64,000 nucleotides of DNA from Candidatus Thorarchaeota archaeon. GTDB taxonomy: Archaea; Asgardarchaeota; Thorarchaeia; Thorarchaeales; Thorarchaeaceae. The stretch is taken from positions 201,020 to 265,019 of the forward strand of contig JAFGAR010000081.1 in the NCBI GenBank assembly GCA_016933575.1, written 5' to 3'. Numbering within the stretch: position 1 is the stretch's first letter; each line of letters opens with the position of its first letter. The notes below the pieces were generated by a model. That model did not search any database and was not told the DNA's origin. It saw only the letters and a list, made by a program, of their open reading frames with translations. Of the stretch, positions 27,201 to 37,153 are shown piece after piece. Made by a program: the position numbers and the translations under genes.

Positions 27201-28135
27201 TTCCTACGTTTTGGTACTGGTTCCTCCTCTTGAGTCTCAATTCGAGATCTATTGTCTCCAAGAGGTGGTGCCACTCGAGCAATAATATCCCCCTCAAAAA
27301 CATAGTTCATTCTGCTTAGAGACACAATGACACCATCAAATGGTGTTACGATTTCTATCTTATCTTGTATCGTGCCTATGATACCACCACTCTGAATATT
27401 TTCACCTAGATTGACCTGTGGTATGAAGAAACCCTCTGTGTCAATATTGATGTGTTGCATTCTTCCTGATAGGGTAACTGATGTTTCTATTCGCTCCCCT
27501 GAGATCATGTCCTTGAGCCGCATGAAGTTCAAGATTGCCTCTCGTACTTCTACTGCCGCCTGCGAGTCCACCTGGTCAATATCACCCCTCATCTCAATTG
27601 AAACGACAGGAATACCCTCGTGGGCAGCCTCAGTGAGCAGAGAACCCCGCTGCCCCGAACATTGAACTGCATTTGGCAGGGCTATCTGCGAAGCCAGATT
27701 TCTCACATGAATATACTCTCGATGCATCGCTACAATATGGCTGATACAATTCTGCCAGCCTGTTCTCAAGTGTATGATATAGTCTGCCTGTGATGCTCTT
27801 CTCCAGATCTCCCATGCAGTGCGTTCTGTCACTGTTCCATGCTCATCTCCCGGAAAGACAGAATCCAAGTCTTTGGAGTCTAGGGGTGATACTTTTGCTC
27901 CAAGTCGAAAAGCTAGCGGATTGGCTACTGGCAAGATAGTCACCGAACCGTAAATCCTGTCCAAACCCTCAAGATGCTTCAATATGAGATAACTTGCATA
28001 GACATCAGTAGCTGACCCACCATCCATGGCTGCGATGATTAAGAGGTTAGGTCTCTCTTCCCCAAATGAGTAAAAACCAAGGGTTGTTCCAGTCTTGGGA
28101 TCGATGTCCACTGCATCAACTATGGATTTCACCAT
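27194..28135 (-). CDS. Succinylglutamate desuccinylase/aspartoacylase family protein (divergent metal ligands)
   Basis: LPVANP, DLDSVFPG..GTVTER, SIEMRG; AAMDGG where HGxE is expected. Confidence 0.75.
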   Translation of the reverse strand: MVKSIVDAVDIDPKTGTTLGFYSFGEERPNLLIIAAMDGGSATDVYASYLILKHLEGLDRIYGSVTILPVANPLAFRLGAKVSPLDSKDLDSVFPGDEHGTVTERTAWEIWRRASQADYIIHLRTGWQNCISHIVAMHREYIHVRNLASQIALPNAVQCSGQRGSLLTEAAHEGIPVVSIEMRGDIDQVDSQAAVEVREAILNFMRLKDMISGERIETSVTLSGRMQHINIDTEGFFIPQVNLGENIQSGGIIGTIQDKIEIVTPFDGVIVSLSRMNYVFEGDIIARVAPPLGDNRSRIETQEEEPVPKRRKW

Positions 28136-28226
28136 GACAAGACCTTCTATCGACTGATGAGCTATTTGGGTTCTGTGATAATATGAAGCGGTGTATGACC
28201 TTCAATCGAGTTCCTTTCTATTGTGC

Positions 28227-28925
28227 CTAACAGTTGAAGAGGAACACATCTGTTTTGAAGTTCTTTTCTTTGAACGAGTCATGTCTGCTGAGTGCAAATC
28301 TACTATTGAGCTGTCTATGAGACCTCTGAAAGATATCTTGATGTCCGCACATCTCAGGATTCCCAATCCATGCTAAGGGAATTCCCGATACAGCGATTTC
28401 AATGCCAGTCATGGATAGATATGGTTCCCAACTCAGCACGATGAATGAAGGATTGTATTTCCTTATTGCTTCTAGAGCATCAAGTGTCTCTATCCACTTT
28501 GGATAGGCAATACTATACCTACCATCTTTTGCATCCGTTGCAATGACTCTTGTATGGACCTGTGTCTGGAGAAACTCCGTGAATCTTCCATCACCACTCA
28601 TCACTTCGAGGATGGTGCCCTCTTTCTCTTTTCTCAGTACATGGTTGATAACAGACACAAGTTCATCAATGAACTCCTTGCTATATATCTGGAAGAACCA
28701 GCGTCCCGCGCAATTAGACCCATTACAATATGATTTGACATCTCCATTTTCTTCGAGCTTCTCGAGGAACGTAAGAACGTCGCTATAGGGAAGCAAGGTC
28801 TCATGGATGTCTGCATATTCATTGTCGGGACACATAGGCACCAAGACCACAATCCAAGGTTGAGAACGAAATATCCCGTTCAAAATGGTTTCGAACTGAG
28901 CTAAAAATGCTCTTGGTATAGCCAA
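28227..28925 (-). CDS. Hypothetical protein, SAM-methyltransferase-like fold
   Basis: ILEVMSGDG, VIATD, VLSWEP. Confidence 0.6.
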   Translation of the reverse strand: MAIPRAFLAQFETILNGIFRSQPWIVVLVPMCPDNEYADIHETLLPYSDVLTFLEKLEENGDVKSYCNGSNCAGRWFFQIYSKEFIDELVSVINHVLRKEKEGTILEVMSGDGRFTEFLQTQVHTRVIATDAKDGRYSIAYPKWIETLDALEAIRKYNPSFIVLSWEPYLSMTGIEIAVSGIPLAWIGNPEMCGHQDIFQRSHRQLNSRFALSRHDSFKEKNFKTDVFLFNC

Positions 28926-29095
28926 TTCCAGCTAACCATAGCTCTAATAAGCAACCTTAGCCATTCCACACGAAGAGAGTGAAGCAGGATGGATTGCGTT
29001 CTCGATAACTGATGTACCCTCCTTTTGCGAGTCCTTTATAGCGGATACCATCTTGAACTCTTCTAATCCTTCAGTATCAACAGAGGTTACTGTAC

Positions 29096-31999
29096 ATGAG
29101 TGAATTTGCTAAGATTGAGAAGAAATGGCAGAAGCGTTGGGCAAAGGACAAGATCTTCGAAGCTGATCCAGATCCCAAGCGGAAGAAGTTCTTCTTGACT
29201 GTGCCCTATCCTTATGTTAACGGAGCATTGCATATTGGTCATGGTCGGACATACACCATTGGCGACCTGATAGCTCGATACAAACGTATGCAGGGTTTCA
29301 ATGTTCTATTTCCAATGGCTTCGCATATGACAGGAACCCCAGTCCAAGGTATGGTAGACCGCGTTCTAGCTGGTGACCCTGACGCAATAGAGATGTACAA
29401 ACGCGATTTGCGTCTCTACTTCGATACTGAGGAAAAGGCTGATGCGCAGTTAGCCAAATTCAAGGATGCTGCTACGACTGCCGCATTTTTTGCCAAGGTA
29501 ATCTCACAAGATTTTGATGCTCTAGGATATAGTATTGATTGGCGTCGAAGATTTACCACCGGAGATGCTACCTATAACAAGTTCATAGAATGGCAATATC
29601 ACAAATTTATGAAAAAAGGATACGTGAAACAAGGTGACTACCCACTCCTATACTGCCCGAAGGATGCAAATCCTGTTGGCGAAGATGATCTATTGGAGGG
29701 TGGTTCTGCAAAGATCAAGGAGTTCACTGCAATCAAATGGCCCTTCAAGGATGGTTACCTAGTAGCTGCTACATTGCGTCCGGAGACCATCTTTGGAGTG
29801 ACCAACATGTGGATCAATCCCAAAGCGAAGTACGTCTTGGCATTGGTAGATGGTGAGAAATGGATTATCTCTAAGGCGGCTGTTGAGAAACTCAAATTGC
29901 AGGCCAAGAACGTCGAAGTGTTGGAAACATTTCCTGGGTCTAAGATTATTGGAGAGAACTTCCGAGCAATTCATGATGACCACGAGATTCCAATCCTACC
30001 TGCAGCCTTCGTAAACCCACACAATGCTACTGGAGTAGTGTACTCTGTTCCTGGACATGCTCCCTTCGACTATATTGCTCTGAGAGACCTATGGGAGGAT
30101 CCATCCGGTCTTGAGCAGTATGGAATCTCAGCTGAGGATGTACGGAATATCAAGATTATTGGCATGATTGATATGAAAGGCTACAGCGAATACCCTGCTA
30201 AAGATGCTGTAGAGCGTAGAGGTATCAAATCTCAGAGTGAGGGTGAGAAACTGGAGGCCGCGACTCAAGAGATCTACAAGGCTGAATTTTATGATGGTGT
30301 CATGAAAGACAACTGTGCCCAGTTCTCGGGTCGAATGATCAAAGATGTCAAAGATGATGTTGTGTCCTGGATGAAATCGATTAATCGGTCAGATGTCATC
30401 TATGAGCCAGATCAACGACCAGTTATCTGTAGATGTGGGACAGAGGTTGAGGTCGGAGTTTTTGCAGGGCAGTGGTTCTTGGACTACCAGAGTCCTGGGT
30501 GGAAAGAATCCGCTTGGAACGCCCTGAATGAAATGAAGATAGTTCCTGACATCTTTCGGAATCTCTTCGAGGCAACTTTTGAATGGTTGGGACAACGTCC
30601 CTGCGCTCGGAAAAGAGGTATTGGAACACGATTACCCTTTGACCCTGATTGGATAATCGAGTCTCTATCAGACTCAACTATCTACATGGCATTCTATACT
30701 ATTGCACATTACATCCGAATGAATAAACTGAAGCCAGAACAATTGAATTTGGACTTCTTTGACTATGTATTCCTAGGAAAAGGAATCCCTGCAAAGGTGA
30801 CACAGACCACAGGTATTGATAGCGCTCTATTGAAGATCATGCGTGAAGAGTTCATGTACTGGTATCCAAACGATCAACGTCATACTGCGCCTTCACACAT
30901 ATCGAATCACCTGAGCTTTGCCATCTTCCATCATGTTTCGATCTTCCCTGAGAAATACTGGATACAGATGATAAGTATCAGTGAACATATGAATATGGAA
31001 GGGAAGAAGATGAGTAAGAGCAAGGGAAATGTCATTCCTTTGGTGGAGATTCCCGATAAGTATGGTGCAGACATCTTTCGTATCTATGTGATTTCAGCAG
31101 CAGAACCAGGAACCGTTATGGACTGGAGAGAGAAAGATGTGCCAGCCATGAGAAACCGAGTGCGTCAATTCATCGATATCGTCTCCAAATATAGCAAATA
31201 TCCTCCTCAGGTTCCTGCAAAGAAAGACAGACCCACTATGGTCACACAATGGATCTTGTCTAGGGTCAATTCTCTGGTTGCTGAATGTACTGACATGATT
31301 GAGAACTTCAAGCTCAGAGATTATGCAATCCATGCCTCATTAGAGATGGTCCGTGTAGTGAATCATTACCTGAACAGAACGGGCGTTCCCACGGATGAGC
31401 GTAATAGTACAATGGCCTACATCTGTGACATATGGGTTAGAATGATTGCTCCACTAACGCCTCATATCTGCGAAGAACTATGGTCGAAGATGGGACATGA
31501 TACATATGTCTCTCTCAGCACATGGCCAAGACCTGACAAAAAACTGATTGACAGAAACGCTGAGATGGCGCATGAAGTTGTAGAATCTACAATCAAGGAC
31601 ATACGTGAGATTCGTAAATTGCTCAAAGGCAAGAAGGCGACCAAAGCTCATGTCTATGTTGCCCCTGAGTGGATGTTCAAGGCAATGAATAGCATTCGAG
31701 AGGCGAAGGTCCCAACTATTGTTGGTGATATCATGAAGCATCTCATGTCCAATGAGGACTTCAGAAAACATGGTAAAGATGTCAAGAACATAGTCGACCG
31801 TATCGCAAAAGAAAATGGTCTTTGGGACCACTCAGCTAGTTCCAGGACTGAGATGGCAGCCCTGATCGACTCAGCGAGCCACATTGGCTCAGAATTGAAA
31901 CTAGAGGTGGTTGTTCATAGTTCTGAGAATCCCACGTACGATCCCCAGAACAAAGCACGATTTGCTTTGCCTGGACGTGTTTCACTCTTCTTAGAATAA
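29096..31999 (+). CDS. leuS: Leucine--tRNA ligase (archaeal type)
   Basis: PYPYVNGALHIGH, ATLRPET, VPGHAPFD, KMSKS. Confidence 0.97.
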   Translation: MSEFAKIEKKWQKRWAKDKIFEADPDPKRKKFFLTVPYPYVNGALHIGHGRTYTIGDLIARYKRMQGFNVLFPMASHMTGTPVQGMVDRVLAGDPDAIEMYKRDLRLYFDTEEKADAQLAKFKDAATTAAFFAKVISQDFDALGYSIDWRRRFTTGDATYNKFIEWQYHKFMKKGYVKQGDYPLLYCPKDANPVGEDDLLEGGSAKIKEFTAIKWPFKDGYLVAATLRPETIFGVTNMWINPKAKYVLALVDGEKWIISKAAVEKLKLQAKNVEVLETFPGSKIIGENFRAIHDDHEIPILPAAFVNPHNATGVVYSVPGHAPFDYIALRDLWEDPSGLEQYGISAEDVRNIKIIGMIDMKGYSEYPAKDAVERRGIKSQSEGEKLEAATQEIYKAEFYDGVMKDNCAQFSGRMIKDVKDDVVSWMKSINRSDVIYEPDQRPVICRCGTEVEVGVFAGQWFLDYQSPGWKESAWNALNEMKIVPDIFRNLFEATFEWLGQRPCARKRGIGTRLPFDPDWIIESLSDSTIYMAFYTIAHYIRMNKLKPEQLNLDFFDYVFLGKGIPAKVTQTTGIDSALLKIMREEFMYWYPNDQRHTAPSHISNHLSFAIFHHVSIFPEKYWIQMISISEHMNMEGKKMSKSKGNVIPLVEIPDKYGADIFRIYVISAAEPGTVMDWREKDVPAMRNRVRQFIDIVSKYSKYPPQVPAKKDRPTMVTQWILSRVNSLVAECTDMIENFKLRDYAIHASLEMVRVVNHYLNRTGVPTDERNSTMAYICDIWVRMIAPLTPHICEELWSKMGHDTYVSLSTWPRPDKKLIDRNAEMAHEVVESTIKDIREIRKLLKGKKATKAHVYVAPEWMFKAMNSIREAKVPTIVGDIMKHLMSNEDFRKHGKDVKNIVDRIAKENGLWDHSASSRTEMAALIDSASHIGSELKLEVVVHSSENPTYDPQNKARFALPGRVSLFLE

Positions 32000-32178
32000 T
32001 CGGGAGGTCTTCCTCCCTTCCTGTTTCTATTCAGGAAAAAAGTGCTATCACTGTAGACTATAGATATGCTAAATATTGCTGACCTATTACGCAAAAAGAA
32101 ACTAATATACGCTATTGATTTATATTAGGTTCAAGACGGTCTGATACTTAGATTTGATACGCAAGACCAAATCCCATA

Positions 32179-33483
32179 TTGGTGAGAAAGATGCAAGACC
32201 TACACCTCGTGTTAGACTATGTCATGGCAGTTGCTTTTATTACGTTCTATGGCACAGTCACATGGAGTCTCTTTAGATACTCCACGCGTAAGATGTATAG
32301 GTATTGGGCTTTGGGTTGGGTAGTTTACACTATTGGAGCATTTGTAGGTGTCATTATATCGTCAGATATTCTAGTTATTACCGACGTTTTTCCACTTGCT
32401 GCAATGTATTGTGGCGGAACTCTAATTGTAGATGGAAGTCTAGGAAAACAATTTACGAGAAAAAGAAGTATAATGTACATTCTCGGCGTAGCTATACTTC
32501 ATAGCCTATTGATCATAGGACTCTTTTTCTCATGGCCATTCTATCTTGTTTTCATTCCGCTAGGTCTACAACTGATCAATGTATGTTTCCGATCTGCAAA
32601 GACAGTATACGAAATTGAGGAGCCAGTTGGACAGCCAAAATATTGGTTAATGATCGGCCTGGCCACATGGGGCATTTCATGGATACTCTTTCCCATTGTC
32701 GCAATAATTCCTGAGTTCTATCTTGTGTTCATGGTCATCCAAGCTGTTGGTGTACTTGTATCAGGCGCATCCATGTTGACGCTGTTTATGAGAACCGTGA
32801 CATTGGATCTTGAAAGACAACACAGAGTTACTCAAATCATATCTGGACTTGTTCAACATGATATACGAAATTACATTCAAGTTGCAAAACTCTCTCTGGA
32901 ACTCATTGATAATCTAGGGATCTCGAATGACCATTGGATAGATGTTGCCTCAGATGCTTTAGATGGCGCAAAGGACTTTGTTGAAGAGATGCGTAGGATG
33001 ACCTATATGCTTGCTCGTGAAAAGATCAGATCAGAACCAGTTGTCCTACTAGATGTAATTCAATCTGTAGGGAGTAGGGTGGTATCCGAGTATTCTCTGA
33101 ACCCCGATCAAATTAGAGTTCAGGTATCAGAGGACACTAAAGTCCTTACCTGTCCCCTAGCCAAGGAACTCCTTTGGAATATTTTTGATAATGCTTTCAA
33201 ACACAAGAGCGATATCCTGATTGTTAATCAGAGATTCAGAGATAATTCGAGTGTAGATATAGAGATAATCGATCACGGCGGAGGACTACCAGATGATATG
33301 AAGAACTATCTGAATGATCCAATCTCTTTTTCAGAACAGACTGCACCCGGATTGGGTCTCGGAGTCCTACTTATTCAGGGATTATCAGCCATGTGTGGAG
33401 CTCGAATCCATGTCGAGGATGCAATTGAAGGTTCAATGGTCATTGGAACCAGATATTCATTGACTTTTCGCATAGCCAAGTAA
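32179..33483 (+). CDS. Membrane sensor histidine kinase
   Basis: About 7 TM helices, HDIRN H-box, NIFDNAFKH, DHGGG, GLGLG. Confidence 0.88.
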   Translation: MVRKMQDLHLVLDYVMAVAFITFYGTVTWSLFRYSTRKMYRYWALGWVVYTIGAFVGVIISSDILVITDVFPLAAMYCGGTLIVDGSLGKQFTRKRSIMYILGVAILHSLLIIGLFFSWPFYLVFIPLGLQLINVCFRSAKTVYEIEEPVGQPKYWLMIGLATWGISWILFPIVAIIPEFYLVFMVIQAVGVLVSGASMLTLFMRTVTLDLERQHRVTQIISGLVQHDIRNYIQVAKLSLELIDNLGISNDHWIDVASDALDGAKDFVEEMRRMTYMLAREKIRSEPVVLLDVIQSVGSRVVSEYSLNPDQIRVQVSEDTKVLTCPLAKELLWNIFDNAFKHKSDILIVNQRFRDNSSVDIEIIDHGGGLPDDMKNYLNDPISFSEQTAPGLGLGVLLIQGLSAMCGARIHVEDAIEGSMVIGTRYSLTFRIAK

Positions 33484-34800
33484 TCACTTGATTATTGGAT
33501 CCGGCAATTTTAGGCTCTCATGTGCCTTCTTCTCAAAGATCTGTTTGGCAGCATCCATTAGACTCTTCTCAATACCCGCAATATTGTTGTTTGTGGCAAC
33601 GACCATGTTGACCTTGGTGATGATGCCTCTCTCATCGGTCCAGTAATGATGGAGCAAAGTACCTCTTGGAGCTTCAACACAACCGACGCCATCGCCCTTC
33701 TTTGGTTGCACATCCGAGAGCTTCACATCAGTACTCACAATGTCTGGATCCTTCAGGAGTCCTTCAATCTCTTCCACAGCCTGAACAATCTCGATAACAC
33801 GTGCCCAGTGATAGGCAAAGGTCGCATGAATGGGTCGACCCAATGCATCTCGCATCTCTTGAAGTGCTTCTTGAGCGATAGGTGTAGCCATCTTATCTGC
33901 AACATTGACTCTGGCTAGTGAGTTTGCTCGCCAGATTCCGTCTGGGTATCCTACAGGCAAGTAATAGATATGAGTTGCATAGCTATGATTGGACACATAC
34001 TCTCCATAGTACTTACGATAGTCCTTCGGTTTGAAGTCCTCAACAATCTTGCCATCAGGATCCATCACTCTTAGGTTTCCATCATAGATCTCTAGGTTCC
34101 CTTTGTTGTGCATCCCCAGATAGTATGTCGGAGTGACTGCCAGTTTTGTAATCGGGTCCCAGTAGTCTTCAACCACCTTCTTTGCAAGGGCAACAGTTTC
34201 CATTGTCTGTTCCTTTGCTTTTTCTACACGTTTGAGGAAGAGATCACGCTTTTCTTCAGAGAACGGGTTCAACATTCCTCCTGGTGTCGAGGTCACTGGA
34301 TGGATTGCTTTTCCTCCCACTGCAGCAGCCAGATCCTGACCGAACTGCATTACTTCTAGGGCCATCTTACCAACATCTGGTAGTGCTTTGATGATAGCCA
34401 CCACGTTGCGGAGAGCAGGGTCTCCAAGGGGTCCAGCGAGAAAGTCCGGAGCTGCTAGGGCAAAGAAATGTAATGCATGACTGCTAAACTGCTTCGCATT
34501 GATCAGAAGTCTTCTGAGCTTCACAGCTGCTGGCGGCGGAGTCACATTCCACGCTGCTTCCACTGCCTTTGTTGCAGCTAGATGGTGTGGTTCTGGGCAG
34601 ATACCACAGATGCGGGGCGCGATTCGCGGAGCCTCTTCAGCAAAGCGTCCCTCTAGGAACTTCTCGAAGAATCGTGTAGAGGAAACATTGAACTGAACAT
34701 CTTTTACCTTACCCGTCTTGGTGAGTTTGATTGTGAGTTCTCCATGCCCCTCAAGTCTTGTCACGGGGGCGATTCTAATGGTCTTCTCATCATTACTCAT
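33484..34800 (-). CDS. mvhA: [NiFe]-hydrogenase group 3c large subunit, VhuA-type (no C-terminal DPCxxC)
   Basis: TRLEGHG, PRICGICP, EAPRGTL; ends KLPDPIIK*. Confidence 0.92.
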   Translation of the reverse strand: MSNDEKTIRIAPVTRLEGHGELTIKLTKTGKVKDVQFNVSSTRFFEKFLEGRFAEEAPRIAPRICGICPEPHHLAATKAVEAAWNVTPPPAAVKLRRLLINAKQFSSHALHFFALAAPDFLAGPLGDPALRNVVAIIKALPDVGKMALEVMQFGQDLAAAVGGKAIHPVTSTPGGMLNPFSEEKRDLFLKRVEKAKEQTMETVALAKKVVEDYWDPITKLAVTPTYYLGMHNKGNLEIYDGNLRVMDPDGKIVEDFKPKDYRKYYGEYVSNHSYATHIYYLPVGYPDGIWRANSLARVNVADKMATPIAQEALQEMRDALGRPIHATFAYHWARVIEIVQAVEEIEGLLKDPDIVSTDVKLSDVQPKKGDGVGCVEAPRGTLLHHYWTDERGIITKVNMVVATNNNIAGIEKSLMDAAKQIFEKKAHESLKLPDPIIK

Positions 34801-35711
34801 TTCTTCTTCTCACTCCTCTGTTTCTGCCGAATCTTCGAGAGGTATGAAGCCGCATAATCTGTGAAATAGAAGGATCCTAACGGGTCTGGGAATGACTTCT
34901 CAAGTTGTTCAGGCGTCATGTCAGCAATGGCACCTAGTGCTGAGATGATCTTTGCACCGTGGTCTGCAATACCCGGTGGGGGTCCAAAGCATCCCTTGCA
35001 TGGAGTATTCACTGTGGGGCACTGCGCTCCACAGAGCCCAATTGTCGCAAATCCAAGGCAGAGGTATCCCTGGTCAAGAAGGCAGAGATTGGGATCGATA
35101 TGACCCTCGTGCGCTCTATGGAATTGCTTGATGTTCTTCTCTTTTCGCTCCTTAGGACACTGGTCACAGACCGTCTTATTGGGCAGGTCATAGGGTTTTC
35201 CTGTAATGAGAGCAGTGAGCGCTTCAGCTGTGTTATCAGGAGTTGGCGGACATCCGGGGAGAATGACTTCGAAAGGTACAATGGATGGATTTGGAACGAT
35301 TTGCTCAGTGAATCCTGGAAGGTTTTCCGTAGGAATTCGAGAGTCAGTGATCGTATCCGCCAAGAGGAACTTTCTCTCAAGCAGATCCTCAAGGTCCCAT
35401 TGGTTTCCAAGACCCTGTACTCCACCATAGGCTGAGCATGAGCCCCAGGCCACAAGCACCTTGCTCTTCTCTCTCATCACCTTGAGGAGATGTTCATCTT
35501 CCTTTGTCCGACAGCTCCCTTCAACAAAACCAAAGTGAATGGAGTCCTTTGGCATGCTTTCTAGGTCTGCAAGTTTGTAGTCTACCACTGCTGGCCAATA
35601 GACAATCTCCAGCTGCGGCAGTACATCAAGAAGCCTGAGATGTAAGTCGACAAGGGACTGGTCGCACCCCCAGCAGGAACTGAGCTGTGCTAGTGCTATT
35701 CGCTTGACCAT
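34797..35711 (-). CDS. mvhG: F420-non-reducing hydrogenase small subunit
   Basis: SCWGC, GSCSAYGG, PGCPP, CLG..T..CGAQCP..CKGCFGP. Confidence 0.92.
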   Translation of the reverse strand: MVKRIALAQLSSCWGCDQSLVDLHLRLLDVLPQLEIVYWPAVVDYKLADLESMPKDSIHFGFVEGSCRTKEDEHLLKVMREKSKVLVAWGSCSAYGGVQGLGNQWDLEDLLERKFLLADTITDSRIPTENLPGFTEQIVPNPSIVPFEVILPGCPPTPDNTAEALTALITGKPYDLPNKTVCDQCPKERKEKNIKQFHRAHEGHIDPNLCLLDQGYLCLGFATIGLCGAQCPTVNTPCKGCFGPPPGIADHGAKIISALGAIADMTPEQLEKSFPDPLGSFYFTDYAASYLSKIRQKQRSEKKK

Positions 35712-35713
35712 GA

Positions 35714-36187
35714 TCAGGCACCTCTTGTCACGGGATTTGGACCAAGTTTCTTTACTCTCTCTACCATCTTGGTGATTCCTCGGGCGAAGACATCACCCTC
35801 TGCTGCAGAGGCCCACTGTAGGTGGACTCTCTCTGGCTCAAAACCCGCCTCAGCAAGAAGACTCTTCAATAGCACAAACCTCGAGCGTAATTTCAGGTTT
35901 CCGGATGTATAGTGGCAATCTCCCGGATGACATCCTGAGATGAGCACTCCGTCGGCTCCCTGGTAGAGGGCTTTTAGAATGAAGGAGATATCGATTCTTC
36001 CCGTGCAATTTACTCTAATAATGCGCACATTCGGAGGCATCTGCATTCGGCTTGTCCCTGCGAGGTCTGCCCCGGCATACGAGCACCAGTTACAGCAGAA
36101 CGCCACAATCCTGGGTTCAAAGCCTTTCTTTTTGCTCTTAGACTTGGTCTTTGCAGGAGCTGTTGATTTCGGAGTTATTGTGGTCAA
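35714..36187 (-). CDS. mvhD: Hydrogenase Fe-S subunit MvhD (Cys form)
   Basis: FCCNWCSYAGADLAG, CTGRID, GCHPGDCHY; TTG start after GGAGGT. Confidence 0.93.
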   Translation of the reverse strand: MTTITPKSTAPAKTKSKSKKKGFEPRIVAFCCNWCSYAGADLAGTSRMQMPPNVRIIRVNCTGRIDISFILKALYQGADGVLISGCHPGDCHYTSGNLKLRSRFVLLKSLLAEAGFEPERVHLQWASAAEGDVFARGITKMVERVKKLGPNPVTRGA

Positions 36188-36369
36188 ACATGGACCTCCG
36201 TTGAATGACTCGGCCTCATACTCCACCGCTATTAAGCTTCCTGCTTCGGGTTCAGAGAAAATCTTCATTACAGAGGAATGGCATTCCTTGCAGCAATAAG
36301 TGAATATTCGCCCTTAGGGAACATTTATGAAACACTTAGTATTGCAAGAAGTCCATAACCATAGGTGGG

Positions 36370-36612
36370 TTGTCAGTGATCATCGCATTCATTATGGCAA
36401 AAGTCGAGTCGACAAAGTCACGAAGCATTCTTGAAGAGATACGACATCTGGAAGAAGTTGAGGAAGCATACCTCATCTACGGAGCTTATGACCTTCTCAT
36501 CAAGTGTGTGTTCAAGACACCAGAGGCTTTGAGTTCCTTCGTTGTTAATGAACTCCGCAAGGTGGATGGTATCAAGGACACAATAACGAACGTGTGCGCA
36601 TCCTGCGACTAG
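36370..36612 (+). CDS. Lrp/AsnC ligand-binding domain protein
   Basis: VEEAYLIYGAYDLL, LRKVDGIKDTIT. Confidence 0.85.
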   Translation: MSVIIAFIMAKVESTKSRSILEEIRHLEEVEEAYLIYGAYDLLIKCVFKTPEALSSFVVNELRKVDGIKDTITNVCASCD

Positions 36613-36623
36613 AGGGTCGAACA

Positions 36624-36941
36624 ATGAGTGAAGTCTACAGCCGTAGAATCTACACCTTTACACCACGCTTCGGATATCAGCTCAATATGCAAGCAGCTGA
36701 GATCCGTGCTGCCGTGTTGAATATAGGGCATGAAGTTCTCGGGAATGAATTCGATGCTGAGATTCTCAGTGAGGACGATAACACAATTGAGGTCCGATGT
36801 TCTGCTGCGACTGGTCAGCTGGTCTACTCCATGGATACGCGATTGATGGTAAAGATAATCAATTTCTGCGAGACTCATAACCTTGACTTCTCTGTAGCAG
36901 ACCTAGAGGTCAAGACTCCAGATATGGATGAGTGGCAATAG
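36624..36941 (+). CDS. Hypothetical protein
   Basis: ORF with GAGGG upstream of the ATG at 36624. Confidence 0.65.
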   Translation: MSEVYSRRIYTFTPRFGYQLNMQAAEIRAAVLNIGHEVLGNEFDAEILSEDDNTIEVRCSAATGQLVYSMDTRLMVKIINFCETHNLDFSVADLEVKTPDMDEWQ

Positions 36942-36967
36942 TTACCGTTCATTGTAAGGTATACAAT

Positions 36968-37130
36968 CTTGGACACCAGAGTGAAGTGCTCCCAGAAACG
37001 GCACTGGGTGGACTCTGTGAGGTCAGAGCTGTGTTGTTTCGACCTCACGCTTGAGTCACCGGACTGGACTAGAAAAGGTCCACTATGATCTCTCAAAGAC
37101 TCATCTACGAGATGTCCAACATTGTCCAAG
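36968..37130. ncRNA. Candidate multi-stem non-coding RNA
   Basis: Closing stem CTTGGACA/TGTCCAAG enclosing three hairpins, between convergent genes. Confidence 0.45.
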
Positions 37131-37153
37131 GTTTCAGCAGCTGTTGACAACCC

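Noticed and set aside
33457-33486. Sec readthrough of the mvhA TGA stop supplying the missing Ni ligands
   Set aside because: Readthrough gives only LLGYAKSQ* antisense to the kinase gene, with no xxC motif.
36968-37130. Hammerhead ribozyme (CGAAAC present on the minus strand)
   Set aside because: No CUGANGA core in the required position.
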